A stretch of DNA of 57,208 nucleotides from Phoronis australis (taxonomy: Eukaryota; Animalia; Phoronida): the NCBI GenBank assembly GCA_002633005.1, contig NMRA01000390.1, positions 1 to 57,208 on the forward strand, written 5' to 3'. The notes beneath the pieces are model-generated. The model saw only the letters and a list, made by a program, of their open reading frames with translations. It was not told the DNA's origin and made no database searches. Within the stretch, counting starts at the first letter, position 1, and the number at the start of each line of letters is the position of its first letter. The translations under genes and the position numbers were made by a program. Shown in pieces: positions 36,627 through 50,148 of this stretch.

Positions 36627-37322
36627 CTACACATAATATACTGTAGGTTCAAACTGTTTTAACACCTCCACCTGGTTTATGTCTGCAAGGCTGCCAGTAA
36701 TTGAAGCCTCATCCTTTTTTATTTGCCTGCGTTCACAACCCTTATCCTTCGCTCCACTATTTTTAGTGAGAATGTTTGATGAAGAAGTTTCAACGCAGGG
36801 GTTGCAATCAATGGCGCTTTGGTGGCTAAGTTGTTCCGATAAGATCGATTCAACTTCTTGACTGTTTGGGCGGCTAACAGTGCGTTTAGGTGGAATTGGT
36901 TTCACTTTGGATCTTTTTCTGGATCTCTCATCAGTCACGTCATTTTGCAGTCCGTTGACGAATTCACGGGAACGTCCGGCATCCCCGCAATCAGTACTGT
37001 TGATCCGTTCTGTTGTTTGATGCATTGACAAGTCCATCTCCTGCTTTGTAGGCCACATGTTACCACAACCGTCAAGACTGGTTTTAAAGGAAGATATGTT
37101 TCTGTCACCAACAGGCATTAGTTTATCAATTCCCGAACTCCTAATATCACACGCTTCAGAATTGTCACCAAACCGAGCTTCTGCGTCGGTGGTCCACGTC
37201 TGAGAAGTGCGCATGGGACTCTCCTGTCTTGAAACCCAAACTTGGCTTCCACTGTCTTCTGATTGAGTTAATTCCGATTTGTACAGTAACGATATCTCTG
37301 GCCCGCAAAATAATTCGTCAGG
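36627..37322 (-). CDS. Probable terminal coding exon of an uncharacterised, likely disordered protein
   Basis: ttttcag acceptor; 231 open codons rich in S/D/E with RSRKRSKVKPIPPKRT, then a stop. Confidence 0.6.
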   Translation of the reverse strand, partial: PDELFCGPEISLLYKSELTQSEDSGSQVWVSRQESPMRTSQTWTTDAEARFGDNSEACDIRSSGIDKLMPVGDRNISSFKTSLDGCGNMWPTKQEMDLSMHQTTERINSTDCGDAGRSREFVNGLQNDVTDERSRKRSKVKPIPPKRTVSRPNSQEVESILSEQLSHQSAIDCNPCVETSSSNILTKNSGAKDKGCERRQIKKDEASITGSLADINQVEVLKQFEPTVYYV

Positions 37323-38049
37323 CTGAAAATGTAACATCAATGATTAACCCCAGCCCTCAGCTGATTGGACTTGCGAGGACGTAACTTAACAGAGTCGTAT
37401 CTGCTCCTTGTTAGAGTTATTCAAAAACTCCAAACTTTGTTTTGCCTAAATGTATGACCAACTAGACCAGTTAAATCTTGCATACAACGTGTGTCAACAC
37501 TCAAATATATTTTGGAACAGGCTTTGAAAATCATTGCAAAGTTTGTAAAAGGAGCAAGCATGACTTGGGCTATGGACAAGTCACTGAACGATTGTCAAGA
37601 CCGTCCACCTCGAGCAGCAGCATTTCTTTGACACAGCAAGGGGGTCAGGAAAACCATTAAGTTTCAATATAGCATTGTTGGAGGTGCGTGAGCTATAAGG
37701 AGAGATGCTAGTTATGCTATACTACGCCGGACAAAACAAATTTTATGCGTGACCAACAAAACAGAGTTTCGAAGAGTTTTCTGTTGCAATGTTTTTACAA
37801 CTATGTACTTTGTCAATAGATGTTATGCTAAGAGGCACAATTACAAACAACGACATGATTAAAAAAGGAAAAAGATAACATTTTGATAAAACGTCTTTTA
37901 AAGGAGCGTTGGACCCGTTACGGTCTCTTAAAAACAATTTTTCATTTAAATTTTATAAAGTTATAAAATAAGTCCCAAATTATTTAATCAACTTTGAAGT
38001 GATGGTCTTCGAAATAGTTGATAATTCGTTATTGCTTGCTGATAACATT

Positions 38050-38695
38050 TCAGGTCACCCCGGCCGTGTTGTGAACAAGCAACCAACAGTCGGGTCACCC
38101 CGTGGTATGAAATAACAATCACTAATGTCAGGTCACTCCGTTATATGAACAAACAAATAACTGCCAGGTAACCCCGTGGCATGAGCAAAAAACCAACGGA
38201 CAGGTCACCTCGTAATATGAACAAACAAACAATGTCAGGTCACCCCGTTTGGTATGAACAAACAACCAACAGTAAGGTCACCCCGTGTTATGAAGAAACA
38301 ACCAACTGTCAGGTCACCTCGTGTTATGAACTAACAACCGTCAGGTAACCCCGAGGTATAAACAAACTAAGACCTGTAAGGTCAGCCCGTGGTGTAAACA
38401 AACAACTGTCAGGTCACCCCGTGTTATGAACAAACGAACTGTCAGGTTACCCCGTGTTATGAAATAACAACCAACTGTAAGGTCACCCCGTGGAATGAAT
38501 AAACAACCAACTGTCAGGTCAGTATGTGGTATGAACAAACAACCAACTGCCAGGTAACCCCGTGGCATGAGCAAAAAACCAACTGTCAGGTCACCCCATG
38601 GTATAAACAAATATCCAACTGTAAGGACACATCGTGGTATAAACAAACATCCAACTGTAAGGACACCTCGTGGGATAAACAAACAAACAACTATC
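38050..38695. repeat. ~36-bp minisatellite
   Basis: CAACTGTCAGGTCACCCCGTGGTATGAACAAACAAC-like unit, about 18 diverged copies. Confidence 0.92.
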
Positions 38696-40296
38696 AGTCC
38701 TTCCCAAGCCCAGACATCCCTTCTAAACTGAGAAAAAACAAGATACGATCGATTTTATAACCTTTAATGACCTAATGAAAATCTTATTTTTGACAGAAAG
38801 CAAGGCTTATTGCCATTTTGAAAAGCAGCGTCTGACGGAGTGAAACATCAAATGGCAGGACATTACATGACATGTCGGACAAGCAAATAAGGGTGACTTG
38901 GAAGTTGATAAAACGACTCAACAGAGGAAATGAAGAATTTTACATACACAGACTGTAGATAAAATTCAAATCTGATAATATTCAATTTGAAAATATTCAA
39001 CATATTTATAAAAGTAAAGAAATAAAAGTGAAAATAAAACTTACATGGTTCAAAACCAAGATCCACGAAACTATTGAAACAAAAATAAAAATAATACAGT
39101 TAATAAAATTATCAAAATAAGAATCGTGCAAACAAAAATTAACGGTTTTACTTTCAAAGCAAAAACGGAGTGCATTTGGGCCTAAGTTGCCTCTAGTGCA
39201 TGGAATTAAAATTAGTTTCCATCCACAACTATCCACAAAATGTCTCTTGACAAATTAAGATAATTACTAACGAATATATTTCAATTCAATATTGATTGGG
39301 ATTCGTTCACTTTAAACACTCCTAAAGGGATAAGCAAACGCTTGTCATTTTACCTTTACTAAAATACAGATCGTTGGCTATTTTGGAGAACCATTTTGTC
39401 GTGTTACCCACAGCTCTCACGGCTCTTACTCACTATCCACGCAAAACTAATGAGACTGACGGAAATAGTTACAGCCCAGCTAAATGTCCGAATCTGGAGC
39501 CAGTTGCACTGCGTACGTGCCCAAACAGAAGCATTATGTTGTATTCATAACCTTCCTGGAGAATTGGTGGTCGTTTTGTTGTTACATTTTATAACGCACG
39601 GACAATCGTAGGGTGTAGTCGTAAGCCGTGTCGTATATGTTAGCCTAACGATGCTTTACTAAGACTACATGTAGTTGTCACAGAATGGGAGACGCTGAAG
39701 TAGATTGTAATTTTTCAAAATTGAAGTTGACACTGGATTTGACATACAGTAGGTCAAAAACTAAAGACAAAGGGGAAATTATACAGACGATCATGTTATT
39801 AGAGTGACCACTATGTACACTATGGCAGGGCTAGCCCTCGTTGCCATTTTGTTTGACGATATTTGTGCCGAATCACCAATCTTAATCTTATAAGTAACGC
39901 TGTTAAATAAATGTCTTTCCCAAATAACAATTAAAGGTACCATCATAAACGATTTTCATTTAGCAACAATTAATTTTGGTCCAGGAATTACTGACAGCGG
40001 GTCTAGCCACTTTCTGAGCTGTAGACACACGTAACGGCATAAAGCACAATTAATTACATCTAATGTCGTGCTAGGCTCGCAAATATGAGCTACAGGCTCA
40101 TCTGAACTCAAATAGTATTTGTGTTTATATTCGATACGAAAATAGACCGGCAGGTGTCTTAGAATATTTCCGTTTTATCCAAGAAAAAAAATTTTAAGAG
40201 TGTAATACAAATGGAATTAATGGATGCAATAAGATATTGTGAATAACATATTAGGACATGACTAACAACTCTTGAAAGGTCTACACCTCTACTTAC

Positions 40297-40437
40297 TGTT
40301 TTTGCAGGACTGCTATACGTTCTTTGTATTTTCTGTTTGGCACCGCCCACATATTGAGTGTCGTCTACAGAGCAAGAACGATGATCTCTGTCATAGCCGT
40401 CTGCTTGCATGTATACAGCAGTCTTTCCACCGGGGCC
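40297..40437 (-). CDS. Putative internal exon of the same uncharacterised gene
   Basis: caaag|GPGGKTAVYMQADGYDRD...TYSSPAKT|gtaagt; phase 0, compatible with the acceptor at 37322. Confidence 0.45.
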
Positions 40438-41390
40438 CTTTGAAACAGATACGACATCGAAGGATATTCAAACGACATTAAATGGAGTCAGTTTTAATCT
40501 TTTGTTGCTTCGGTGGTTTCCTGTCAAGATCGATTCGTGATCAAATAGACAGCGACTTTTAAGAACTAGAAAATATCGCTGCTAAGATAATGGTTCGGAA
40601 AATGCAGTTTTTTGAACCAACTCCGTGATATTTAAATGAAACGTCTTTAATTAGTCAGTTAGAAATTGTAATTGGCGTGGGGAAGACGGGAGGGGGGCAG
40701 GACGTCGGACTCTCAGGAGGATCAGGAGTGTACGTGACTCCCAATAATTTGCAGGCGTACTGGCTAGAGGCAGCCGAAAAAAGAAAGACACAGTGAAAAC
40801 AATAGAGGTCATTTGCAAATTATCTGTATCGGATTCACCTTTTAGGAGCTCCGGCAAGGACATTTGTGCTAGGGAGTCTCACACTTAAACATTTACAGCA
40901 TGGATCGTCTATGCCATAGACATCTTAATAATGTCTATGGTCTATGCTTATTTCAAAACGTATTCATACACACTCAAAAAGTCAGAGAAAACTTTATTTG
41001 CACAGATTTTCCAGAGCAAATTAACTCAGATTTTTAAATTGAGGAAGACATTTTTTAGGAAATACAGAACTGTACCACTCTAGGGACCCTCTCTGACAGG
41101 AGATAGTAGAGTAGTCACATGTCGCTCCCTGTTTCGGTTTTTCCTTGAAATTATATATTATTTCATATAAATCCCACCTCTTGGAGGGGATCCGCCGACG
41201 GCCTCCATATCTAACTTCTTCTGTTTTTTTCTTATTTTCTCCTCTCAAGGAGGAAACCACAACGATGGAATCAATAAGTTCTCTTTTCCTGTTTTGGTCG
41301 GGAAATTGAACAATATTTTATGTTACGCAAGGCGACTCCATGATGGAATGAACTGTTGCTCCTTTCAACTGCTTTTTAAAAAATCTATAC

Positions 41391-41487
41391 CTTTCTTATT
41401 AGTCAGTATTTGAGGAACTCTCCCTTTCGCATACATATATAATCCTCTCGTGGATGGGCGGCTTGACTCTAGTGCGTGATTTGCAAC
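41391..41487 (-). CDS. Putative exon
   Basis: ttgtag|VANHALESSRPSTRGLYMYAKGRVPQILTNKK|gtatag; phase-0 start fits the donor at 53345. Confidence 0.3.
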
Positions 41488-41704
41488 CTACAAGTACCGC
41501 ACAGTCACCAATTCAGAAGGGGAAGTCATGAAAACTATGCGAAGCACAACGGCATCAAGACACGCGGCCCAACCAACCAAAAACGTGAGACTGTATTTAA
41601 GAACCTAAAATATTAAAACAATAGCACTGACAGAGGAATTTGAATACCTCTATTTCTGTGATTTTTTGACTGCAAGCTTCACCCATAAATCGTGATAGGC
41701 TTAA

Positions 41705-43387
41705 AGGAGAATGCCACCCAAAAAACACAACCTATTTTGTATCAATTTAGATCGAGTAGTTCTCACTCGATAATGGTAGGTTCGGTTGCGTTACCTGACA
41801 CCTGACGGCAGACGGAGGTGTTGAAATTATCCAATGACGTAATTGGTTTCACATGCAGTCTGTTCAGCAGTTCACAACAAGGGTTAATGGTGTCAGCTTA
41901 TCGCTTAAATTCATCGTTTAACACCAATAAATCATCAAACTTCGATGTAAAACCCTTAAAAATACACCGAGTTTTTATAAAAACGTGTTGTTTTATTTTA
42001 CTGTTACGGATTTACTGGTATTTGGACACACCGTAGCCTACTCGGCAGGCCAATTTACCAAGGTCGAGTCCGTAGCAGGAGTTTGGGGCTGTTCGAAGAT
42101 AAATTCGAATTATTCTTCCGTACAATACAGACAGGAGAACCTAGATCTGTGTTGTTTATACTTGTGATTTTTTAAATTCTAAACACACAAAACGCTTGTT
42201 ATCCCGGCCAGTGGTTCGGAACCCCATTAGGCCCGTCGCGGCCGCCGGGACTGGCACGAACATAAACCAGCTCAGTTGAGTTGAAAACTAAACCTCCAGT
42301 CACGAAAAGACGGAGCCAAAGAAATAATGTGCACGTAGTTTATGTGAATTAGCCCGTGACGAAACTGAAAATCTACTCGTCGGGGGCCGCGAATTCGGGT
42401 TCCCCTTCCACAGACCGTCAGGGCAAAGGTTGTACAGTAACAATGATTTGAATAATGCATTTGTATTTCTAGTAAATAAAGATTCCCCTAACATGTTACA
42501 GTAGCATATAAAATCGAGTAATTGTTTCACAACAGCTTTCTGTCAGCAGTTAGTATGCCGCGCTCACACGACCTCGGTGCCCGGTCAATTAGGCCTACCT
42601 TTGTTGCCGGCACTAAAAGCAGGTAACGCAGTGGTTTATTCCTTGCTGGCTTCTCAAAACATTTGCACTCACAAGCACTCCAAGGCCGATTACAAATTGT
42701 GTTTAATGAGACAGGCTTTGTTTCAGTTTCATATAAGCTGCATTGGTCAGGATCATTTTAGGATGAGAATAATTCATTTTGAAACAGAACGCAGAATAAT
42801 AAACGTGTACATTGCACTCGCCGGGGCCAATTAAATCCCGACTTAGCCAAGAGCTCATCCGACGAAAACTTCAAAGATGGATCGTTAGGTTTCACAGGCT
42901 ATCAGTTCGAACCGGAATACACTGATCAAGCAATACTGGAGAGGCGCCGTGAACATGCACAGGCAACGGAACGTATGGATAGTTCTTTGGTATGCCGGAA
43001 TTCGTCAGAGAAATCACTGTCGACGTAATGCTGGCCACAGACACGGAGATGTTTCACGTCCTCATACTAGCTATTAACAGCATACCTTTCATTCTTCACT
43101 ACCGCGAGTCACTTCCTCAGCATTTTGGGCTCTCGAGGAAGTCGAAAAAAACGATATACCCGCTTTCTTCGCAGCTTCATAGTTCGGACAAACGGGAACC
43201 GATGCACCGCAATGTAGCGGCATTCACTCTGCAGACGAACCACTGACGTCGCTGCGTCGCTTCTCACCTTCCTCGCAGGTTAACGCGACACCTCTCGGCA
43301 AGTAGAGGTCGACCATATAAGAGGCAATGTGGATATAGACCGATTAAAACGGTAATAAAGACTAATTAAATAGCGTGGCATTCACCT
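41705..43387. mobile_element. Kolobok-type element (internally deleted)
   Basis: TTAA|AGGAGAATGCCAC...GTGGCATTCACCT|TTCA. Minus-strand THAP relic MPLHCGA..CPN..KKAGISFFRLPREPKMLRK*L (~43222-43095); plus-strand GYQFEPEYTD relic (~42895-42980). Confidence 0.75.
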
Positions 43388-44217
43388 TTCATATGAATAA
43401 ATTGTTTTACCAAATTTAAAAATTTTACGCCCGTGTGATACCCGTCTCCTGCTCTATCCCAGCTACACTTAAAGCACATGTCCTGTCTCTGCGCCCAACC
43501 CTTTGGCAATTTCTTTAAGATTTTGTAATCTTAACCATGGTCTTGAAAAAAGTTGTGCAACTTAATAAATCAAAATGTGCCCTGTGTGTGAGTTTTCACA
43601 GTGTGTTGCCATGTAACTACCAACTTGTCATGTTTACTTTCTTCTGATAACTTGCACGAGTTCTGATTTACATGATATTGTGTTTACAAAAATCGACTAA
43701 TCCATAAACTAATCTTGTAACAATTTGGTGATGCTTCATCTGAAATAACCCTCTAAGAAATTGGTGTTTCAATCAATGAATTTTGACTTAGAAATTCGAG
43801 AAGTCAATATTATTTACCTACCCCCGAGCGACAGCCACGTGACAAGAAATTCAGTTTTTCAATGCATGAACCTAATGAAGTGAGCTTTTCCCAAACGGAA
43901 CCGTGTTAAAGTTATATTAGGCCTCATAGTAAATAGACGAAACTATGACCGACATAATGTGTTGATTTCCATGTGATAATGTTTCTCCACGAAGCCCGCG
44001 GGTTCTTACGTTACTTTTATACCCCTTAAGAAAGATTTTTGGCAATAGCTACATGTGTTTTAGCACCCTAATAAAGTAAAATTCATAAAAGATATTACTC
44101 AAAGGTCAAAATTGTATCCTAATCGCGTAAGCGCGTAACGTGTTCAGGGGCAGGGATATAATATTTTCATTCGAAATCGAAGTCGAAGTTATTTTTGGCA
44201 TTTGCCATTCTACCTAT

Positions 44218-44371
44218 GTGTAAACTCAGGCTGAGTGTCTAATAATCTCCGCTCGTGTAAACTCAGAATGAGTGTCTAATAATCTCTGATCGTGTAAACT
44301 CTGACTGAGTGTCTAATAATCTCTGCTCGTGTAAACTCAAGACTGAGTGTCTAATAACCTCTGCTCGTGTA
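44218..44371. repeat. 4 x ~38-39-bp tandem repeat, with an inverted copy at ~44566-44590
   Basis: GTGTAAACTCAGGCTGAGTGTCTAATAATCTC(C/T)GCTC. Confidence 0.88.
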
Positions 44372-44730
44372 CATTACGGTTCATGCAAATGAATTTCTAG
44401 TCCAAGTTCGCACTTGATGACCCTTAGATTTAAACTAAGAACTCGAGTATATACTCGACATTTCGAGCTCATATTCGAACTTTTAGACTTTTAATAGAGT
44501 CATTAAGTGCAGACTAGGAGAAGACTGGTATCCACATGAGCCATCATGTACTCGATCATAGAATGATAGACACTCAACCTGAGTTTACACAAAAGCAGAA
44601 CAAATAATGCTAAACATAATTGCAAGTGCTATTTCGGGAGAACATATAAAAACACGGGCTCATGTCTAAATGACTTTTTCTCGCGAAATTTTGTTGAAGC
44701 ATGGGTATCCAAGTTTCTGGTTGCTGCCTT

Positions 44731-44820
44731 CACGGGCTTAACCTCGAAACAGCACGGGCTTAACCTCGAAACAGCACGGGCTTAACCTCGAAACAACACG
44801 GGCTTAACCTCGAGACAACA
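44731..44820. repeat. 4 x 22-bp tandem repeat
   Basis: CACGGGCTTAACCTCGAAACA(G/A). Confidence 0.92.
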
Positions 44821-45870
44821 GAATTCGCATATGTGTGGTGAGGGCGTTACGAAATTGGAACAGTTACCAATTGATTAAGACACAAAAATAAAACAATAAG
44901 AAATTCAGCCCGAAAAACGCAGTGAGCATTACGTCAGGGCTTTAGGCAATAAACACACAATGATAAATATAGATTATTACATGGCGAAGTCGTTATCCCC
45001 CATTATCTAGAGCCCGAGTGGATTTTGGAAAATTATCGCCCGAGCTCAATTAAATTTGGCGCTGCACACGCGAATTTACTCGACAAGGAGACTGTTCACC
45101 AACCGTGAAATACGGCGTCCTACCGTTGAATACGGCCTCTACCGTGGTATACGGATTAACTCTACTTTCCCGTATTTCATAGTTGATAAATATACATTAT
45201 TACATGGCGAATTCGTTTTCCCCCGTTATCTAGAGCCCGAGGGGATTTTGGAGAATTATCGCCCGAGGGGCGTTAGCCCCGAGGGTGATAATTCTACAAA
45301 ATCCATGAGGGCTCTAGATAAGGGTGGTAACGACTGAGAACATGTAATAATCTATTTATACCATATACTGAACGAGAAACATTGCAATGAATCGATCTAC
45401 CTTTCTCGACTCGCCTCGGCTTTGTAACTACTTTCTATGTCAGAGGCCGCGGTCGGAGGTCGTGACCTTTTTAGAAAAGCCGAGAAATTTTTGTAAAATA
45501 ACGCTTTCACTCAAAACCAATTGAAAAACCAAACAAAATGGAAATAAAGTGAATCTATAAATTAAGGTTTAGCAACTGTTATAGCTTACTACACATTTTA
45601 TCACGCTAAGCTTCGACCGGGAATAAATCGTCTGCTAAAGTAGGTTACCACTAGTAACTGACTATACTGCTCAAGTCAAAGGATCCCGACCACACGACAC
45701 CTGCATTCAAATTGGAGATCGGTAATTTACAAGTGAGAGAACACGAGAGAAAAATTTCACTGAATAAAAATATCATTTTTATGGAAATTATGCGTCTTAT
45801 TTTTCATAGCGTATAATTGTCGGTGCAATGCCCTTTGCTGAACATGCGATTGTTGCGCGTGCTCATTTAA

Positions 45871-47547
45871 AGTCCTTCTTGCAAACTGCCCATGTGGTTC
45901 CAGTATCCGAAAATACTTACTACATAAATTCTTATTTTCGACACCCTTTCTTTATATTCTTTTCGCCTTTCTTGCCAAAAGCGATTTTTAACAGTATTTG
46001 ACCCTTCTCTCTGAGCGTATGATTACCGGTTGTCATCGGTTATTTCCGTACCCACATTTCCGGCTCATCAGTTCAGGAACTTGTTCTGAACGCCGCCATT
46101 TTTTCCTTGTAACTGAATGTGCTATGGCTTGCTCGAAAATTCTTCATTATTTTGTTTTATTAGTAATATATCGTGATTCGTTTGCATATGTAGTGTATTT
46201 ATAGTTTGTAGTTAGTGGTCGTTGATTTTTTTGGAATGTTACGCGTACTTAGTATGTTAAAATAGCATTGGTGTTTAGTTCCTTACGTAGGCCGGTCGAA
46301 CCTAGGAACCAATATGGGTCGAACCAATTTTTTTTCGGTTTTATTTTTTTCCTCGTTTTGAAAAAGTACTTTGCTATCATCGGAAAGGTAGTACATTCTA
46401 CTCAGTAAAAATCGAAAAAGTATCAAAATCGGGGCAAGCACTGTAAAGTTATTGCAAGTTTTGTGGCGAAATTTGGGTCACTTTGTTTGGATCGCGTCGG
46501 CCATATTGGAGGACAGCGGGATAAGTTACGAGTTTAAAACTTTGTGTAAATTGTTTTCGCCAACAAATTACGGTGAAATTTAGTTAGACATATCTTTACT
46601 TACTATTCTGCACGATTTAACAGTGTTCACCAAATTTCAGCCTCGCAGTTGTTACTCATTAAGTGATAAATGTGCTCACAATTCCCGTTGGACTTCGTCT
46701 CATTTCTGGCGGCACCGACAACATGGCGACTTTTGCTGAACTGAAAGGCATGTTCAATCGGCTACTTTGTAATTTGTGAAGATTTAACGTTGATACATTT
46801 TGACAAACGTTGCTACAAAAAAGAAACTTTGTTCAATTTTCGTGTTTTTTGTGTTTGTGGCCAGCGACCAGTTAGGCCTAAGGGTAGTCTTGGCGCAAAG
46901 CTGTCTAGGCCTACTAACAAGCTGTATTTTGACTATAGTCTTCACTGGTAGCTGGTGACTGAGGCTAACTAAGGTCTGCCGCGGCAGTGTGACACAGGAC
47001 TAACCAGCCCGTAATTTCATGCAAGTGTCTGAAACTACCCTTGAATATATGCAGCATTTATCATTTGACCGTTTTACTTCGACAAAACAGCTTGCAACCG
47101 CACGCATTTACCGTTCGCCAGTGTCTGGTCTCGATCCGCACCGGGTCCGATAGGCTGCGGTCCCGAGTCTGGCAAAATAATTTCTTTCAAAATTTATTCG
47201 CCACATTTCTTCAGCAAATTCCATAAAATTGTCCGTAGTTTGACTTTATCAAAATTAAGGCGCGCTGTCGATTTTTTATCCCCGTTTTCTGGCTGGTAAC
47301 AGTACATGCACTGCTCCAGTCGCACTGACGGCGTTTTCTCGGCCTGGGTTCCTGAATGAATTGTACTTCCGGGTTCGCGGCAAGTTCAAAATGGCGGTGT
47401 TTCTTCGGGTGCGAATCGTGAGTGGCGCATTCATTTAAACTTTTTTCGAGTACGAATTGTGTATTAGTTATGGGGTAGGTACTTCTTGGATCCTTATAAC
47501 ATCTTCTAACCATGTAATAAGGGTTAACAACGCGTGAGAGAAGGACT
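45871..47547. mobile_element. Non-autonomous Kolobok-type element
   Basis: TTAA|AGTCCTTCT...AGAAGGACT|TTAA, interrupting an otherwise colinear repeat. Confidence 0.85.
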
Positions 47548-47583
47548 TTAATTATTCTGTTTTCACGTTCGATGACGTCAGCC

Positions 47584-47653
47584 GCTGAGTGGTGTAGTGG
47601 TAAAGTCGGCGACTCGCAACTCTTGAGACCCGGGTTCGAATCCGGCCTCGGTT
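47584..47653 (+). ncRNA. tRNA-derived cassette (copy 4)
   Basis: GCTGAGTGGTGTAGTGG...CCCGGGTTCGAATCCGGCCTCGGTT. Confidence 0.55.
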
Positions 47654-48112
47654 TCCCGCCAAAATGTTATCTCACTAGTGAGATAACTTTATGGGTTGTT
47701 ACACGGTTATATCTGCCATATTGTGGTATAAATGAAAAAAGTGACATTGACTTACAACGCATCAATACAATAGTAGACTGGTATAAACAAATGATGCGAC
47801 AGATTAGTTTCTACACTGAAGTTACTTGAAACATTAATAAGGATATTGACTTTTTGAAGCAAATTACGGGTGTAAAGAACACATCAGATGATCTGGAAGA
47901 GTCCCTGTCTTTGTTGAAAATTAATTGGATAGTCCAACAGAAAGTGAATTTTAGTCTGAACTTGTCCACAATTGCACAACGGAGAGGCGTCTTTGAAGTT
48001 GTGTCGAAATTTATCAGAGATATCTCGTGAGCTCTAATAATAGTAAGAAGAAATGGTAGATTGGCATGACAGAAATGGTTTTTAAAGCTGTTTCTTAAAT
48101 TTGAAAGCAGTG

Positions 48113-49012
48113 TGTTAGAATAAATATAGATTAAGTAATTAGTAAGAATAGCTCCATTTTAAGTAGCCCAAAATTTGTGCATATATAATTTGAAATCATG
48201 GGGTCAAACTTGTTGACATGTACTTTAACGTCAAAGTCTATTTTTAAATGGTGTTTACAACTTTGGGTACTAGGGTCAAAGTACTCTAGAGATTCTAGAA
48301 AATTCTGAGAACAAACTGTAACAGCCAATGATATGATTGGATATGATCATGTGGTTTTTATTAACCAATCACTAAATAAGTAGAATATTATAATATGGGC
48401 TTAAGTCAACAAGATATTCAGATGAGCTATAGTAGTTGAAGCATAAAGACTTGCTACAGTGTACAGCGGAGGAAACTGTACGACAGAGCCATTTCGTGGA
48501 AGATTCTAGAAAGGATCTTGGCAAGGGCAAGGAATAACAAACAGGAAGTTAACTAAGAGCTTGTCACTCAGTGCGTCGTTGGTAGTAAGATAGTACCTGA
48601 AGTGTTGCGTCACCAGCCAGAGACTGTGACCAGCAAGAAAAATCGCGGGTAGAAGAAATTGCCTGCAAGTGTTGCATCACCAGAGACGGTGACCAGCAAG
48701 TACACTCGCTATACAGTGTGTGTAGTTCGAAGATTCACCAACAGGACAGTCATCCAACAAGTGGAGAGTCCTAGCTTGGATAGCAGACAAGACATTTGAT
48801 TTTTTTGGTTGTTTGATTGAAGTAATCTTTAAAGAGGGCGCTAGCGTAGTTACTCCTCTTTGTAGTTGATTACTTAATTAACAACAGGTTTCACTTGTCT
48901 AATTAGGGGTTATCATATAATAAATTAATTAATGGATTTGATTATTCACTCTCCATCTACGCACAATCTCAAAGCATAGCTACCTTTTAAACAAAGGGAC
49001 AATCGCCTGACA
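48113..49012. mobile_element. Solo LTR (900 bp)
   Basis: TGTTAG...CTGACA termini with 5-bp TSD CAGTG (48108-48112, 49013-49017). Confidence 0.75.
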
Positions 49013-49186
49013 CAGTGTATTCCAAATGTCTATACACACAGGAATTGTTGATCTGCAAGTTGCCCTGGTGTATAACGGAGGACTGTGAAAATAAGGGCAC
49101 TCTTCAGGCCAGGCCTGCGGCATTCTCTTTTATGTTTGCTAAATATAAGCTTATCAGACGTATTTTTATGTTATTGAGAACTTTAA

Positions 49187-50148
49187 AGTGTACACAACAT
49201 GACTCTAGTACATCAAAATAAATTTTATTATTATATCTTACCAGATTTCAGTGCCTTTAGTGCACAGCTCATAAAGAAACACGCAAAAATTGAAAAAATA
49301 ACAATTCTGTACAACGTCATGGGTTGAACCCAAGTCGTTCGCCATACTGTTCGGATCAGAGACAAAGTGTATAGAGTGAACAGAAAGCAAAGTGCATTTA
49401 GCGTCGAGAAGGTTCGTAGAGGGATCAAAAGATGTGTTTCCGGAGGCTGCAGCAACAGCAGCCAGGCGGAGAACGTCCTGGTGTTCCGAAGGACACCAAA
49501 GTTGCGCAGAAGTGGCATCGCTTCGTGCGCCGAACGAGAGTGTGGTACGTCATCGTGGACCAAGCGATTCGGTCCGGGGCCACTCTGTGTTCTGCCCACT
49601 TTGAGGACTCGTGTTTCGACTCCAGTCACAGGAGACGTTACGATGAAGGCCTGGTTCAATAAGGGACAATATTTATCATTCAGAAACATCAGCTCTTAAT
49701 TCAGGATCGTCTGTTGGATGACTGCGTTGACTCGCCGAGCCCGAGGCCGCTTCTCTCGCGGGAGGATCCAGTTCGTAAGGCTCAAAGTAGAAAAGTACGC
49801 TGCCGGAAGCCCATTAATCTTGTTCTCGCTTTCGTGCAACCCCATTTCCTCATCCTGGCCACCATTCCCGTACGTTTCTTCATAGTATTCGTTCAATTCT
49901 TGCTCATAATCGTCGTCGCTTTCAAATTCCCTGCTCTCCGCCATAGTTCAATGCTAGTCACCGATCTCTTGTGTTCAACCCATGACTTCACATGGCGGGA
50001 AATGTGAAAATTGGCAAAATTGAAAGACAAATCAAAATTTCGAGCTAATTACACAAAATAAACATGGGTTTAGCTAAATTTTACGTCATACATTTAGTTT
50101 GTGGCCGGCGGTAATTCAAAATGTGCAAAAATCCATGGTGTGTACTGT
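49187..50148. mobile_element. Kolobok-type element (internally deleted) with THAP and second-ORF relics
   Basis: TTAA|AGTGTACACAACATG...CATGGTGTGTACTGT|TTAA. Plus-strand THAP RCVSGGCSNS../KWHRFVRRTR..LCSAHFEDSCF (49430-49625); convergent acidic ORF from 49944 with frameshifted YFEPY. Confidence 0.75.

Larger units (their letters stand above)
44963..47730 (+). mobile_element. Palindrome/tRNA repeat family, copy 4 (45186-45870 + 47552-47730), preceded by a half-palindrome (44963-45044) and split by a Kolobok
   Basis: Colinear with 27883-28753 on both sides of a TTAA insertion; ends TATTGTGGTATAA. Confidence 0.85.

Noticed and set aside
38050-38760. 36-bp periodic array as a CRISPR array or repeat protein
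   Set aside because: Units are contiguous with no unique spacers, there are no cas genes and the context is eukaryotic; it is a minisatellite.
27673-47653. Functional tRNA genes
   Set aside because: Anticodon stems mostly do not pair, anticodons differ among copies, and all lie inside one repeat family.
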